Shown here: piece after piece, positions 1 to 8,834 of the stretch
Layout of the letters: each line of letters starts with the position of its first letter
Numbering within the stretch: the stretch's first letter is position 1
DNA from: an uncultured Bacteroidales bacterium
GTDB taxonomy: Bacteria > Bacteroidota > Bacteroidia > Bacteroidales > P3
Reading direction: 5' to 3'
Assembly (NCBI GenBank): GCA_905236645.1
Contig: CAJOMZ010000013.1
Span: 3,315 to 67,314, forward strand
DNA length: 64,000 nucleotides
Notes under the pieces: generated by a model
Seen by the model: the letters and a program-made list of their open reading frames with translations, nothing else
What the model was told of the DNA's origin: nothing
The model's database searches: none
Position numbers and translations under genes: made by a program

Positions 1-1
1 C

Positions 2-619
2 CGCTTTGGCGGCGTGTCGGTAGGCGTCGTTGCCAACCAGCCCAAGTCGATGGCCGGCGTTCTGGACTGCAACAGCAGCCGCAAGGGAGCGCGCTTTGTG
101 CGTTTCTGCGACGCTTTCAACATTCCTATCGTCACTTTGGTCGACGTTCCGGGCTTCCTGCCTGGCACGGGTCAGGAGTATGCAGGCGTTATCGCTCACG
201 GTGCCAAGTTCCTCTTCGCCTATGGCGAGGCCACGGTGCCCAAGGTTACGGTTACTCTGCGCAAGTCGTATGGCGGTGCCCATATCGTTATGTCGTGCAA
301 GCAGTTGCGCAGCGATATCAACTACGCCTGGCCGACGGCTCAGATTGCAGTTATGGGCGCCAGCGGTGCCACCGAGGTGCTGCAGGGCCGCGCTCTCAAA
401 GAGATCACCGATCCTGAGGAGAAGGCCAAGTTTATGGCCGAGAAGGAGAAGGAGTACAACGACCAGTTCGCCAATCCCTACAACGCCGCCAAGTACGGCT
501 ATATCGATGATGTCATCGAGCCTCGCAACACGCGCTTCCGCGTGATCCGCGCTCTCCAGGCCCTTGCCACCAAGAAGGACAGCCTGCCGTTGAAGAAGCA
601 CTGCAACATACCGCTGTAA
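2..619 (+). CDS. mmdA: Methylmalonyl-CoA decarboxylase alpha subunit / acyl-CoA carboxyltransferase, C-terminal part (5' end outside the window)
   Basis: The ORF is open to the window edge. It has carboxyltransferase-type motifs ([28 protein letters not shown]). OadG-like, biotinyl-carrier and OadB-like genes follow it. Confidence 0.85.
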   Translation, partial: RFGGVSVGVVANQPKSMAGVLDCNSSRKGARFVRFCDAFNIPIVTLVDVPGFLPGTGQEYAGVIAHGAKFLFAYGEATVPKVTVTLRKSYGGAHIVMSCKQLRSDINYAWPTAQIAVMGASGATEVLQGRALKEITDPEEKAKFMAEKEKEYNDQFANPYNAAKYGYIDDVIEPRNTRFRVIRALQALATKKDSLPLKKHCNIPL

Positions 620-680
620 TGGTTTGTGCCGGAATAATTTGACAGAAACTTTTTTTAAATTATTAAATATTTATCAAACA

Positions 681-1034
681 ATGAAAAAAGCTTTTATGAC
701 TGGATTCCTCGGAATCGCTTTCGCATTCGCAATGGTTGCTTGCAACGGCAATGCTACAACGGAAGACACCACTGCAAACGAACCCTGCGAGATGGAGCAG
801 GCTGACGATGCTTGTATGCATCATTGCCAGATGACTTGCCCCGACAGCGTTTGCCTTGCTGCCAACTGCGAGAACTGCGCTTGCCCCGAAACCAGCCCGT
901 GCAAACAGAAACCTGAGTGCAAGGGCGACGGCCAGTGCTGCAAGAAAGCTGAAGGCGAAGGCTGCCAGAAGGCTAACAGCGAGTGCTGCAAGCAGAAAGA
1001 GGAATGCAAGAAAGAATGCGAGAACCACAAATAA
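681..1034 (+). CDS. Small cysteine-rich lipoprotein (metallothionein-like composition)
   Basis: An internal ATG at 681 gives MKKAFMTGFLGIAFAFAMVAC, a signal peptide plus lipobox. The roughly 96 mature residues contain 17 further Cys, with CC, CxC and CxxxC spacings. Confidence 0.6.
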   Translation: MKKAFMTGFLGIAFAFAMVACNGNATTEDTTANEPCEMEQADDACMHHCQMTCPDSVCLAANCENCACPETSPCKQKPECKGDGQCCKKAEGEGCQKANSECCKQKEECKKECENHK

Positions 1035-1134
1035 GATGTGTTTCTCCTGAATGTTGAAAGGCGAGAGTGGGTACCTCGTGCACCGCACTCTCTCCGTTCA
1101 GCAGTCATAAAACTCTTAAATCAAGCAGAAAACA

Positions 1135-2121
1135 ATGAATATCATAAGTAAAATTCTATCAGCTGGCATACTTGTTCTGGCATTGAGCGCCTCTCCGTCG
1201 TGGGCTCAGACAGCAGAACCCGTGGCCGAAGATACTGCGTTGACACACTTTGAGATGAACAATCCTCACAGTGCAATAGGGGTGGATGTGACAGACTTCC
1301 AGTCTGTCCTGGCCTGCTATGCTGCCAATCAGGATATGTTTGTCATCATCGACAGTATCGACAACGCCGTTGACATTGTCTATCGTCGTGAGAAGATGAT
1401 GTTCGACACGACGATACGTATAGTCGCCGACGAGTCGCGTGGCCGTCACGACCTTGCCAACGTGTTGCGCCCCAAGAGTGTGGGCTTCTACGACGGTTAT
1501 GTGCTCTTCCTGGCTTCGTCCAAGAAGGACAGTTCTTATCTTGCTGTTGTCGACCTCGATGGCAATATCGTCAACAGGGTCGACTTCGGCTGCTGCAGCT
1601 ACGCTTTCAAGGTATACCCCGACGAACTTATTGTTGTTGGCCGCAATCCGCTGGGCTATGACATCAACGTCCTCGACCTGACCGACGGCATTGCCAACAT
1701 CGGCCTTGGCGAGGGCAAGTCCACCAACCACCACTACCACGTGCCGAAACAGGCCGACCGTATCCGCGAGTCGGACCCTGTCGGTATTGGTCTGACGGTT
1801 GTGGCTGTGTCGGTAGTGTTCCTGGCCCTGCTGTGCATCTCGCTGATACTGAAAGGCTATGGCAAGCTTATTATAAAGATGCAGGACCGCAAGGCCAACA
1901 AGGTTGCCGCCAAGTCGAGCGAGGTCGCTGCAACGCCTTCTGCTTCCGAGACTTCAGGCGAGATTTACGCTGCCATCGCAGCTGCAATCTACCTTTACGA
2001 CGAGGAGATGCACGACGAGGAAAACACCGTCATCACCATTCAGAAGGTGGAACGTGCCTGGACCCCCTGGAACGCCAAGTTCTATAATATGAATCATTAT
2101 TTCAACAATAATAAGAGATAG
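1135..2121 (+). CDS. OadG-domain membrane protein (small subunit of the Na+-translocating decarboxylase) with a large N-terminal exported domain
   Basis: It has an N-terminal signal peptide (ALSASPSWAQ) and a TM segment (VGIGLTVVAVSVVFLALLCISLIL). The C-terminal segment SGEIYAAIAAAIYLYDEE...TIQKVERAWTPW is typical of OadG-like subunits. Operon position also fits. Confidence 0.65.
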   Translation: MNIISKILSAGILVLALSASPSWAQTAEPVAEDTALTHFEMNNPHSAIGVDVTDFQSVLACYAANQDMFVIIDSIDNAVDIVYRREKMMFDTTIRIVADESRGRHDLANVLRPKSVGFYDGYVLFLASSKKDSSYLAVVDLDGNIVNRVDFGCCSYAFKVYPDELIVVGRNPLGYDINVLDLTDGIANIGLGEGKSTNHHYHVPKQADRIRESDPVGIGLTVVAVSVVFLALLCISLILKGYGKLIIKMQDRKANKVAAKSSEVAATPSASETSGEIYAAIAAAIYLYDEEMHDEENTVITIQKVERAWTPWNAKFYNMNHYFNNNKR

Positions 2122-2125
2122 CAAG

Positions 2126-2563
2126 ATGAAAAACTTTAAATTCAAAATAAATGGCACGGAATACTCGGTGGATATCAACGAGGTTGAAGGCCAAGAGATT
2201 AAACTGGATGTCAACGGCACGCCCTATAAAGTGACTGTCGACAAGGAATTGAAACAGAAACAGGTTGTTATGACTACCCGCACGGCTCCGCGCGTCAGTG
2301 CGGCTCCTGGTGGCGCCGTCCAGAAGTCGGCACCCGCCGCGGCCTCGAAGGGCTCGAAGGTTACCACTCCTCTTCCGGGCACGATTCTTGACGTATTCGT
2401 CAACGTGGGCGACAAGGTGAAGGCTGGCCAGACCGTTGTTCTGCTTGAAGCTATGAAGATGGAGAACAACATCGAGGCTGATGTTGAAGGCACTGTCACC
2501 GAGGTTAAGGTCCGCAAAGGCGACTCTGTCCTCGAAGGCGACGTGATGGTAGTTATCGGATAA
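2126..2563 (+). CDS. mmdC: Biotin carboxyl carrier subunit of methylmalonyl-CoA decarboxylase
   Basis: It has the biotinyl-lysine motif LEAMKMEN and an Ala/Pro-rich linker. It sits between the OadG-like and OadB-like genes. Confidence 0.85.
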   Translation: MKNFKFKINGTEYSVDINEVEGQEIKLDVNGTPYKVTVDKELKQKQVVMTTRTAPRVSAAPGGAVQKSAPAAASKGSKVTTPLPGTILDVFVNVGDKVKAGQTVVLLEAMKMENNIEADVEGTVTEVKVRKGDSVLEGDVMVVIG

Positions 2564-2567
2564 GTTT

Positions 2568-2685
2568 GTAGTTAAAGGGTTAAAAAGGTTGGAAAGGTTC
2601 GCTCCCTACGGTCGTTGAAAGGCTGATAAGAACCAACCCACTTTAAACCTTTATAACCTTAAAACCTTTTAAACTTTAAAAAATA
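2568..2685. repeat. Imperfect inverted array of AAGGTT / AACCTT words in the mmdC-mmdB spacer
   Basis: The left half is gttaaagggttaaaaaggttggaaaggtt. The right half is aaccaacccactttaaacctttataaccttaaaaccttttaaac, approximately its reverse complement. Confidence 0.6.
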
Positions 2686-2690
2686 CAACA

Positions 2691-3860
2691 ATGAACATAT
2701 TAGCTTCAGGTGGCTTTATGGACTTTATGTCGACGCAGCTGGTGCAGTTCCTGCATTACACCGGTTTCGCCAACGTAGAGTGGGGCCACATTATAATGAT
2801 TTTTATAGGCTTGATATTCATCTTTTTGGGTATCAAGAAGGAGTTTGAGCCTCTGCTCCTCGTTCCTATCGGATTCGGTATGATTGTCGGTAACATTCCT
2901 TTCTATCCTGGATTGAAGATAGGTATCTATGAGGATGGCTCGGTGCTGCATATCCTGTACCACGGTGTGCAGAACGGCTGGTACCCGCCGCTGATATTCC
3001 TCGGCATCGGTGCAATGACCGATTTCTCGGCAATGCTCAGCAATCCTAAGCTGATGCTTATCGGCGCTGCCGCCCAGGTCGGTATCTTCGCTGCCTATAT
3101 GGGTGCCCTGGCTCTGGGCTTTGCTCCCAACGAGGCTGGCGCTATCGGCATCATCGGCGGTGCCGACGGCCCGACGGCTATCTTCCTGTCGTCGCAGCTG
3201 GCTCCCGACCTGATGGGTGCAATCGCAGTGTCGGCATACTCTTATATGGCTTTGGTGCCTGTGATTCAGCCTCCTATTATGCGTCTGCTCACCACCAAGA
3301 AAGAACGTACCATCCGTATGCGTCCGCCGCGTCAGGTGACGAAGCTCGAGAAGATCTCGTTCCCCATCCTGGGCCTCATCTTCTGTGCTTTCATCGTCCC
3401 CTCGGGTCTGCCGCTGCTGGGTATGCTGTTCTTCGGCAACCTGCTGAAAGAGTGCGGCGTTACCAAGCGCTTGTCGGAGGTGGCCTCCAACGCCATCGTC
3501 AATATCTGCACGCTGCTTATCGGCATCACTGTGGGTGCCTCGACCCAGGCAACGACCTTCCTTACAGGTCGTTCGGTGCTGATTTTCGCCCTTGGTGCCG
3601 GTTCGTTTATCGTTGCCACGTTCTTTGGCGTTCTTTTCGTCAAGTTTATGAACCTCTTCCTGAAAGAAGGCAACAAGATCAACCCGCTTATTGGTAACTC
3701 CGGTGTGTCGGCAGTGCCCGACGCCGCACGTGTTTCTAACAACGTCGGACTTGAGTACGACAAGACCAACTATCTGCTCCAGCACGCTATGGGTCCCAAT
3801 GTGGCCGGCGTGGTGGGTTCGGCAGTGGCCGCAGGTATCCTGCTGGCATTCCTGCACTAA
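2691..3860 (+). CDS. mmdB: Na+-translocating decarboxylase beta subunit (OadB/MmdB family)
   Basis: A polytopic membrane protein of 389 aa with OadB-like segments (GIGAMTDF, IIGGADGPTAIF, NPLIGNSGVSAVP). It is the last gene of the mmd cluster. Confidence 0.9.
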   Translation: MNILASGGFMDFMSTQLVQFLHYTGFANVEWGHIIMIFIGLIFIFLGIKKEFEPLLLVPIGFGMIVGNIPFYPGLKIGIYEDGSVLHILYHGVQNGWYPPLIFLGIGAMTDFSAMLSNPKLMLIGAAAQVGIFAAYMGALALGFAPNEAGAIGIIGGADGPTAIFLSSQLAPDLMGAIAVSAYSYMALVPVIQPPIMRLLTTKKERTIRMRPPRQVTKLEKISFPILGLIFCAFIVPSGLPLLGMLFFGNLLKECGVTKRLSEVASNAIVNICTLLIGITVGASTQATTFLTGRSVLIFALGAGSFIVATFFGVLFVKFMNLFLKEGNKINPLIGNSGVSAVPDAARVSNNVGLEYDKTNYLLQHAMGPNVAGVVGSAVAAGILLAFLH

Positions 3861-3890
3861 TAAATGCCGATTCCGGAATTTAATACCAAA

Positions 3891-3917
3891 GTCCCGACCT
3901 CGGTCGGGACTTTGTTG
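3891..3917 (+). terminator. Rho-independent terminator of the mmd operon
   Basis: The stem is gtcccgac-ctcg-gtcgggac, followed by tttgttgt, 30 nt after the mmdB stop. Confidence 0.7.
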
Positions 3918-4190
3918 TATAAGGCCATTGGAAAAATATTTTGCCGTATCGGGAAAAGTTGTAATAATATTTGTGATGCAGTATCGGTTGCGACGGATTT
4001 GTAATCCGTCGCAATTATTTATAAGTATTTGCAATCTGTAAGGTCGGCACTTGGTTATTTTTGCGGATTGCAAATCCGAGACAACAGACACCCTTTTTGT
4101 TTAAACGTCTGAAAACCAATAAAATGATAAAATATTAGCGTCGTATCATAACTGCTTGTTCTTTAGGTCTTTACAGGGTCATCTTCGTTC

Positions 4191-4278
4191 GTTGTCCAGT
4201 TGTTGTCCAGTTGTTGTCCAGTTGTTGTCCAGTCATTGACTGGACAACAACTGGACAACAACTGGACAACGACTGGAC
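4191..4278. repeat. Long near-perfect palindrome made of 11-nt tandem units (GTTGTCCAGTT x4, then inverted x4)
   Basis: Hand pairing around centre T4236 shows 4194-4235 complementary to 4237-4278, with 41 Watson-Crick pairs and 1 G-T. Confidence 0.9.
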
Positions 4279-4491
4279 GGTGTTGGTACGGTGGAATTAG
4301 CTGGATGGTATTTGTGGGTTGGCGTGATGGTGTTTGGGAATTGGCGGGGTTGTGTTTGGGAATTAGCTGGGTGGTGTTTGGGGATCGGTGAGGAGGGGCG
4401 ACGGGCGTGCGGCACCATTTTCTGTGAACAGTGTGGTTGAAAAAAGAGCGGTGTTTGTGGCGATAAGTTGTGTTATTTAATTTTTATTTCG

Positions 4492-4499
4492 TATTTTTG
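4492..4499 (+). promoter_or_regulatory. Bacteroidetes-type -7 promoter box upstream of valS
   Basis: TATTTTTG matches the TAnnTTTG consensus, 90 nt upstream of the valS ATG. Confidence 0.5.
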
Positions 4500-4588
4500 C
4501 AGTTTGAACCGATGGACCCTTTGGGGTTTCTGTTGGTGTATTGAATTGAATAGTAATTGATTGAGTAGAATAATAATATTTATATATA

Positions 4589-7291
4589 ATGGAAATTGCA
4601 TCGAAATACAATCCTCGTGCCGTTGAAGAGAAGTGGTACGAATTTTGGTTGGAGAAAAAGTTGTTTCATTCCGAGCCCGACCGCCGTCGCCCTTACACGG
4701 TGGTTATTCCGCCGCCCAATGTGACGGGCGTGCTGCATATGGGCCATATGCTGAACAATACGATACAGGATGTGTTGGTGCGCCGCGCGCGAATGATGGG
4801 CAAGAATGCCTGCTGGGTTCCGGGAACGGACCACGCCAGCATCTCGACCGAGGCAAAGGTGGTGAAGATGCTTGCCGAGCGCGGTATCAACAAGCGCGAC
4901 CTGAGCCGCGACGAGTATATGAAGTATGCCTGGGAGTGGAAGGAGAAGTATGGCGGCATCATCCTGAAGCAGTTGCGCAAGCTTGGCGCCAGCTGCGACT
5001 GGGACCGCACGGCCTTTACGATGGACGACATCCGCTATGAGAGTGTGATTCAGGTGTTTGTCGATCTCTACAACAAGGGCTTGATTTATCGCGGCGCCCG
5101 TATGGTGAACTGGGACCCGCAGGCGCTGACGGCGGTGAGCGACGAGGAGGTGATATACAAGGAGAGCCACGGCAAGCTGTTCTATTTGAAGTACTTCGTT
5201 GAGAACGCAGAACGGGGGACGGAGAACGGAGAGCTGGGCAAGGACTATATCGTCGTGGCCACCACGCGCCCCGAGACCATTATGGGCGACACGGCGGTGT
5301 GCGTGCATCCCGAGGACGAGCGCTACCAGTGGCTGAAGGGCAAAAGGGTCGTTGTGCCCGGCGTAGGCCGCGTGGTGCCCATCATTATGGACGAGTATGT
5401 AGACCGCGAGTTCGGTACGGGTGCCCTCAAGATTACGCCTGCCCACGACATCAACGACTACAATCTGGGTATGAAATACAGCCTTGACAGCATCGATATC
5501 TTCAACGACAACGGCACTCTCAACGACAACGGCGGCAAGTATGCCGGTATGGACCGCTTTGCCTGCCGCAAGGCCATTATGAAGGACCTTGAGGAGGCTG
5601 GCCTTGTCGAGAAGATTGAGGACTATGTGAACAAGGTGGGCCACTCGGAGCGTACCGACGCCGTGATTGAGCCCAAGCTCAGCACGCAGTGGTTTGTGAA
5701 GATGAGCGACATCGCCAAGAAAGCGCTCGAGGTCGTTGAGGACGGCAAGATCAAGTTCCATCCCGACAAGTTCAGAAACACCTACCGCCACTGGCTTGAG
5801 AACATCAAGGACTGGTGCATCAGCCGTCAGCTGTGGTGGGGCCACCGCATTCCGGCGTGGTATTTTGAACGGATAACGGAAAGCGGAGAACGGAGAACGG
5901 AGGTGGTTGTGGCACTCAACGAGGAGGAGGCCCGCAAGCTGGCCGCCGAGAAGTACGGCTACACCGGCGAACTGCGTCAGGACGAGGATGTGCTCGACAC
6001 CTGGTTCAGCAGCTGGCTGTGGCCTATCAGCCTCTTCGACGGCATCCGCAACCCCGACAACGAGGAGATAAAGTATTACTATCCCACCGACGACTTGATT
6101 ACGGCTCCCGACATCATCTTCTTCTGGGTGGCTCGTATGATTATGGCCGGCGAGGAATACAGAGGCGAGGTGCCTTTCAAGAACGTCTACTTCACCGGTA
6201 TAGTGCGCGACAAGCTGGGCCGCAAGATGAGCAAGAGCCTCGGCAATTCGCCCGACCCCATCGAGCTGATAGAGAAATACGGCGCCGACGGCGTGCGTAT
6301 GGGTATGCTGCTGACGGCTCCCGCAGGCAACGACCTGCCGTTTGACGAGAGCATCTGCGAGCAGGGCCGCAATTTCGCCAACAAGATTTGGAACGCCCTG
6401 CGCCTGGTGAAAGGCTGGACGGTGGAAACGGAGAACGGAGAACGGAGACCCGAGAACGAGGTGGCAGTGGAATGGATGGAGCAGAGGATGGCCTGCGTGC
6501 TGGAGCAGATAGAGAAAGACTTTGACCAGTACCGCCTGAGCGAGGCACTGATGAATACCTACAAACTGGTGTGGGACGACTTCTGCTCGTGGTATCTGGA
6601 GATGGTGAAGCCCGCCTACGGCACGCCTATCGACAAGGAGACCTACGACGCGACCATCAGCATCTTCGAGCGTCTGATGTGTATGCTGCATCCGTTTATG
6701 CCTTTTGTCACCGAGGAAATATGGCACCTGCTGCAGGATGCCGACAGCGAGGCCAAGGCAGAGATGATTGCCCAGAGCAGCATTATGATGCAGCGTATGC
6801 CGGCAAGCGTGTTCTACGACCAGCGTATGCTCGACGACTGCACGACGGCCCGCGACGTCATTGCCGGAGTGCGCAACCTGCGCAACAGCCGGGGCCTGTC
6901 GCCCAAAGAGGCGTTGGAGCTCTTCGTGGTGTGCGGCGACGGCAAGCGTATGAACAGCCGCTTTGACGGTATTGTCAAGAAACTGGCCAACGTGAGCGAC
7001 ATCAAGTATGTCGACACCAAGGTTGAGGGTGCCGTGAGCTTTATGATCGGCACGACAGAGTTCTTTGTGCCTATGAGCCAGAATGTCGACGTGGAGGCCG
7101 AGAAGAAGAAACTGGAGGAGGAACTGCGGTATGCCGAGGGTTTCCTGGCCAGCGTGATGAAGAAGCTTGGCAACGAGAAGTTTGTCAACGGTGCGCCCGA
7201 GAAAGTGGTCGCCGTCGAGCGTCAGAAGAAAGCCGACGCCGAGCAGAAGATAGCGGCGCTGAAGGCACAGATTGAGAATCTGAAGGCTTAA
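4589..7291 (+). CDS. valS: Valine--tRNA ligase
   Basis: It has the class I HIGH-type motif [18 protein letters not shown], the [10 protein letters not shown] editing-domain signature and a C-terminal coiled coil. Length is 900 aa. Confidence 0.97.
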   Translation: MEIASKYNPRAVEEKWYEFWLEKKLFHSEPDRRRPYTVVIPPPNVTGVLHMGHMLNNTIQDVLVRRARMMGKNACWVPGTDHASISTEAKVVKMLAERGINKRDLSRDEYMKYAWEWKEKYGGIILKQLRKLGASCDWDRTAFTMDDIRYESVIQVFVDLYNKGLIYRGARMVNWDPQALTAVSDEEVIYKESHGKLFYLKYFVENAERGTENGELGKDYIVVATTRPETIMGDTAVCVHPEDERYQWLKGKRVVVPGVGRVVPIIMDEYVDREFGTGALKITPAHDINDYNLGMKYSLDSIDIFNDNGTLNDNGGKYAGMDRFACRKAIMKDLEEAGLVEKIEDYVNKVGHSERTDAVIEPKLSTQWFVKMSDIAKKALEVVEDGKIKFHPDKFRNTYRHWLENIKDWCISRQLWWGHRIPAWYFERITESGERRTEVVVALNEEEARKLAAEKYGYTGELRQDEDVLDTWFSSWLWPISLFDGIRNPDNEEIKYYYPTDDLITAPDIIFFWVARMIMAGEEYRGEVPFKNVYFTGIVRDKLGRKMSKSLGNSPDPIELIEKYGADGVRMGMLLTAPAGNDLPFDESICEQGRNFANKIWNALRLVKGWTVETENGERRPENEVAVEWMEQRMACVLEQIEKDFDQYRLSEALMNTYKLVWDDFCSWYLEMVKPAYGTPIDKETYDATISIFERLMCMLHPFMPFVTEEIWHLLQDADSEAKAEMIAQSSIMMQRMPASVFYDQRMLDDCTTARDVIAGVRNLRNSRGLSPKEALELFVVCGDGKRMNSRFDGIVKKLANVSDIKYVDTKVEGAVSFMIGTTEFFVPMSQNVDVEAEKKKLEEELRYAEGFLASVMKKLGNEKFVNGAPEKVVAVERQKKADAEQKIAALKAQIENLKA
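5203..5234 (+). repeat. Heptamer array 1 inside valS (gaacgca gaacggg ggacgga gaacgga ...)
   Basis: Tandem imperfect GAACGGA units that encode [11 protein letters not shown]. Confidence 0.7.
5867..5901 (+). repeat. Heptamer array 2 inside valS (gaacgga taacgga aagcgga gaacgga gaacgga)
   Basis: Five contiguous 7-nt units (35 nt) that encode [12 protein letters not shown]. Confidence 0.8.
6425..6460 (+). repeat. Heptamer array 3 inside valS (gaaacgga gaacgga gaacgga gacccga gaacgag)
   Basis: Five units (36 nt) that encode [12 protein letters not shown]. Confidence 0.8.
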
Positions 7292-7324
7292 ACGAGTCAA
7301 TGTTTGAATAATAAAAGTCTTGAT

Positions 7325-8806
7325 ATGAAAAAGAGAAGTGTTTTTCTGACAATTGTATGCCTGACGGTGATGTCGGTCGCCGACGTGAAGGCGCAAGAGG
7401 CCTCGCTCGACACGCTGTTGAGCCACATCAGGGAGCTGTCGTCGTCGAAGTATGAGGGCCGCTTGGCCGGCACAGAGTCCTATATGGACGCAGCCGACTA
7501 TGTCATATCCGCCCTTGAGCGCTATGGCGTTAAGCCTTACAAGGGCGAATGGGCGCAGTACTTTGAGACAGAGTGCAACGAGATAGAGAACTGCACGTTC
7601 AACAGCTATCTTGGCAACAACAAGGATGCCAGCCAGGTGTATGTGCTGGGCCGTGACTTCTGCTGCTCGGGAATGACCGGCAGAGGCTATGCCGACGCAC
7701 CGGTGGTGTTTTGTGGATATGGTATCGACAACGGGGCTTTCGACGAGTATGCCAATGTCGACGCCAAGGGCAAGGTCGTTATGGTGCTGAGCGGTGTGCC
7801 TGGTTTTCTGCCCTCAAGCGTGACAAGCAAATACCAGCAGCTGAGGGACAAGGCACGGGTTGCAAGAAAGCACGGCGCCTGTGCCTTGGTGGTTGTCAAT
7901 ATGGCTGCGAACTGCTCGCCCTACGAGGTGCAGGGTGCTGTCTATTCGGGCGAACTGCCGCATCTGGCGACATTCCCTGTGATACAGCCCACACGCGATT
8001 GCGGCGACAGGCTGTTGCAGAACGAGGCGATGACGCTCGAAGAGGCTGTGCAGAAGATCAACGAGACGCACAACCCTCAGTCGTTTCATTTGAAGAAGAA
8101 ATTTGAGATTGAGGTCAATGCCAAATATCATCCGGCAGCGCTGACAGCCAATGTGATAGGCATCTATCCCGGCTCGGACCTCAAGATGAACAACGAGTAT
8201 GTCGTTGTGGGGGCCAATCTGGACCACGTGGGTATGCAAGGCACTACCTGCCTGTTCCCCGGTGCCGACGACAATGCGTCGGGGGTCGCTGCCCTGCTCG
8301 AGACGGCCCGAATGCTGCAATACTCTGACGACCAGCCGTCGAGGAGCATTATATTTGTGCTCTTCTCGGCAGGCGAGCAGCAACGCTTGGGCTCGCAGAT
8401 CTTTGTGTCGAACTTTACGCCGCTGAAGCGCATCGAGGCTTTCGTCAATGTCGCTTCGGTTGGCTGTGGCGACAGTATCGCTGTGATGGGCAACAAGAGG
8501 TATCCGCAACTGTGGAGCGTTGCCAAGCGTGTCGACACGGTGTATTGCACAAACGACGTTGCAGTTGGAATGAAGACTTTGCCCAAGGGCGACGCTGTGG
8601 CGTTTGACCACGTGGACATTCCGTCGATAACCATCACCAACTTCAAGGGTTCCCGCTACAATCACGTGCCGAGTGACATAGTGGAGAATATCGACCGCCG
8701 CTTCATTGTCAAGGCCACGCAGCTCTTGTTCGAGACGGTGCTCGACCTGTCGTTCGGTGAATACCAGGGCCGCTCCAATGCCTCGAAGCGTATCAAGTTT
8801 GAGTGA
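7325..8806 (+). CDS. M28-family metallopeptidase with PA domain (secreted)
   Basis: The ATG at 7325 gives a signal peptide (MKKRSVFLTIVCLTVMSVADVKAQ). M28 motifs are NLDHVG and GADDNASGVAALLE. Confidence 0.8.
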   Translation: MKKRSVFLTIVCLTVMSVADVKAQEASLDTLLSHIRELSSSKYEGRLAGTESYMDAADYVISALERYGVKPYKGEWAQYFETECNEIENCTFNSYLGNNKDASQVYVLGRDFCCSGMTGRGYADAPVVFCGYGIDNGAFDEYANVDAKGKVVMVLSGVPGFLPSSVTSKYQQLRDKARVARKHGACALVVVNMAANCSPYEVQGAVYSGELPHLATFPVIQPTRDCGDRLLQNEAMTLEEAVQKINETHNPQSFHLKKKFEIEVNAKYHPAALTANVIGIYPGSDLKMNNEYVVVGANLDHVGMQGTTCLFPGADDNASGVAALLETARMLQYSDDQPSRSIIFVLFSAGEQQRLGSQIFVSNFTPLKRIEAFVNVASVGCGDSIAVMGNKRYPQLWSVAKRVDTVYCTNDVAVGMKTLPKGDAVAFDHVDIPSITITNFKGSRYNHVPSDIVENIDRRFIVKATQLLFETVLDLSFGEYQGRSNASKRIKFE

Positions 8807-8834
8807 TGAGTAGGAAGGGTTTAAATAGATAGAG

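Noticed and set aside
4030-4095. A tRNA-Cys-like gene, suggested by the anticodon-arm look-alike cggaTTGCAAAtccg.
   Set aside because: No acceptor stem, D-arm or GTTCGAATC-type T-loop can be drawn around it.
4191-4278. A CRISPR-like or other spacer-containing array.
   Set aside because: The units are only 11 nt long and are contiguous with no spacers. No cas genes are in the window.
4200-4418. Small ORFs 4200..4391 (+) and 4233..4418 (-) over the palindrome and the G/T tract.
   Set aside because: Their sequences are direct translations of the repeats (VVQ, NNWTT, W/G-rich). They show no start context or coding signature.
4580-7426. A 948-aa ORF that runs antisense across the whole of valS. 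This is tempting given ideas about sense/antisense coding of aminoacyl-tRNA synthetases.
   Set aside because: The antisense frame is exactly in register with valS codons. It stays open simply because valS uses no TTA, CTA or TCA codons.

The same in-phase artefact appears opposite mmdB (2706..4091), gyrB (23453..24853), the Rpn gene (46415..47386) and others. The translated product is low-complexity and rich in L, V, A, H and R. This is a codon-bias artefact, not a gene.
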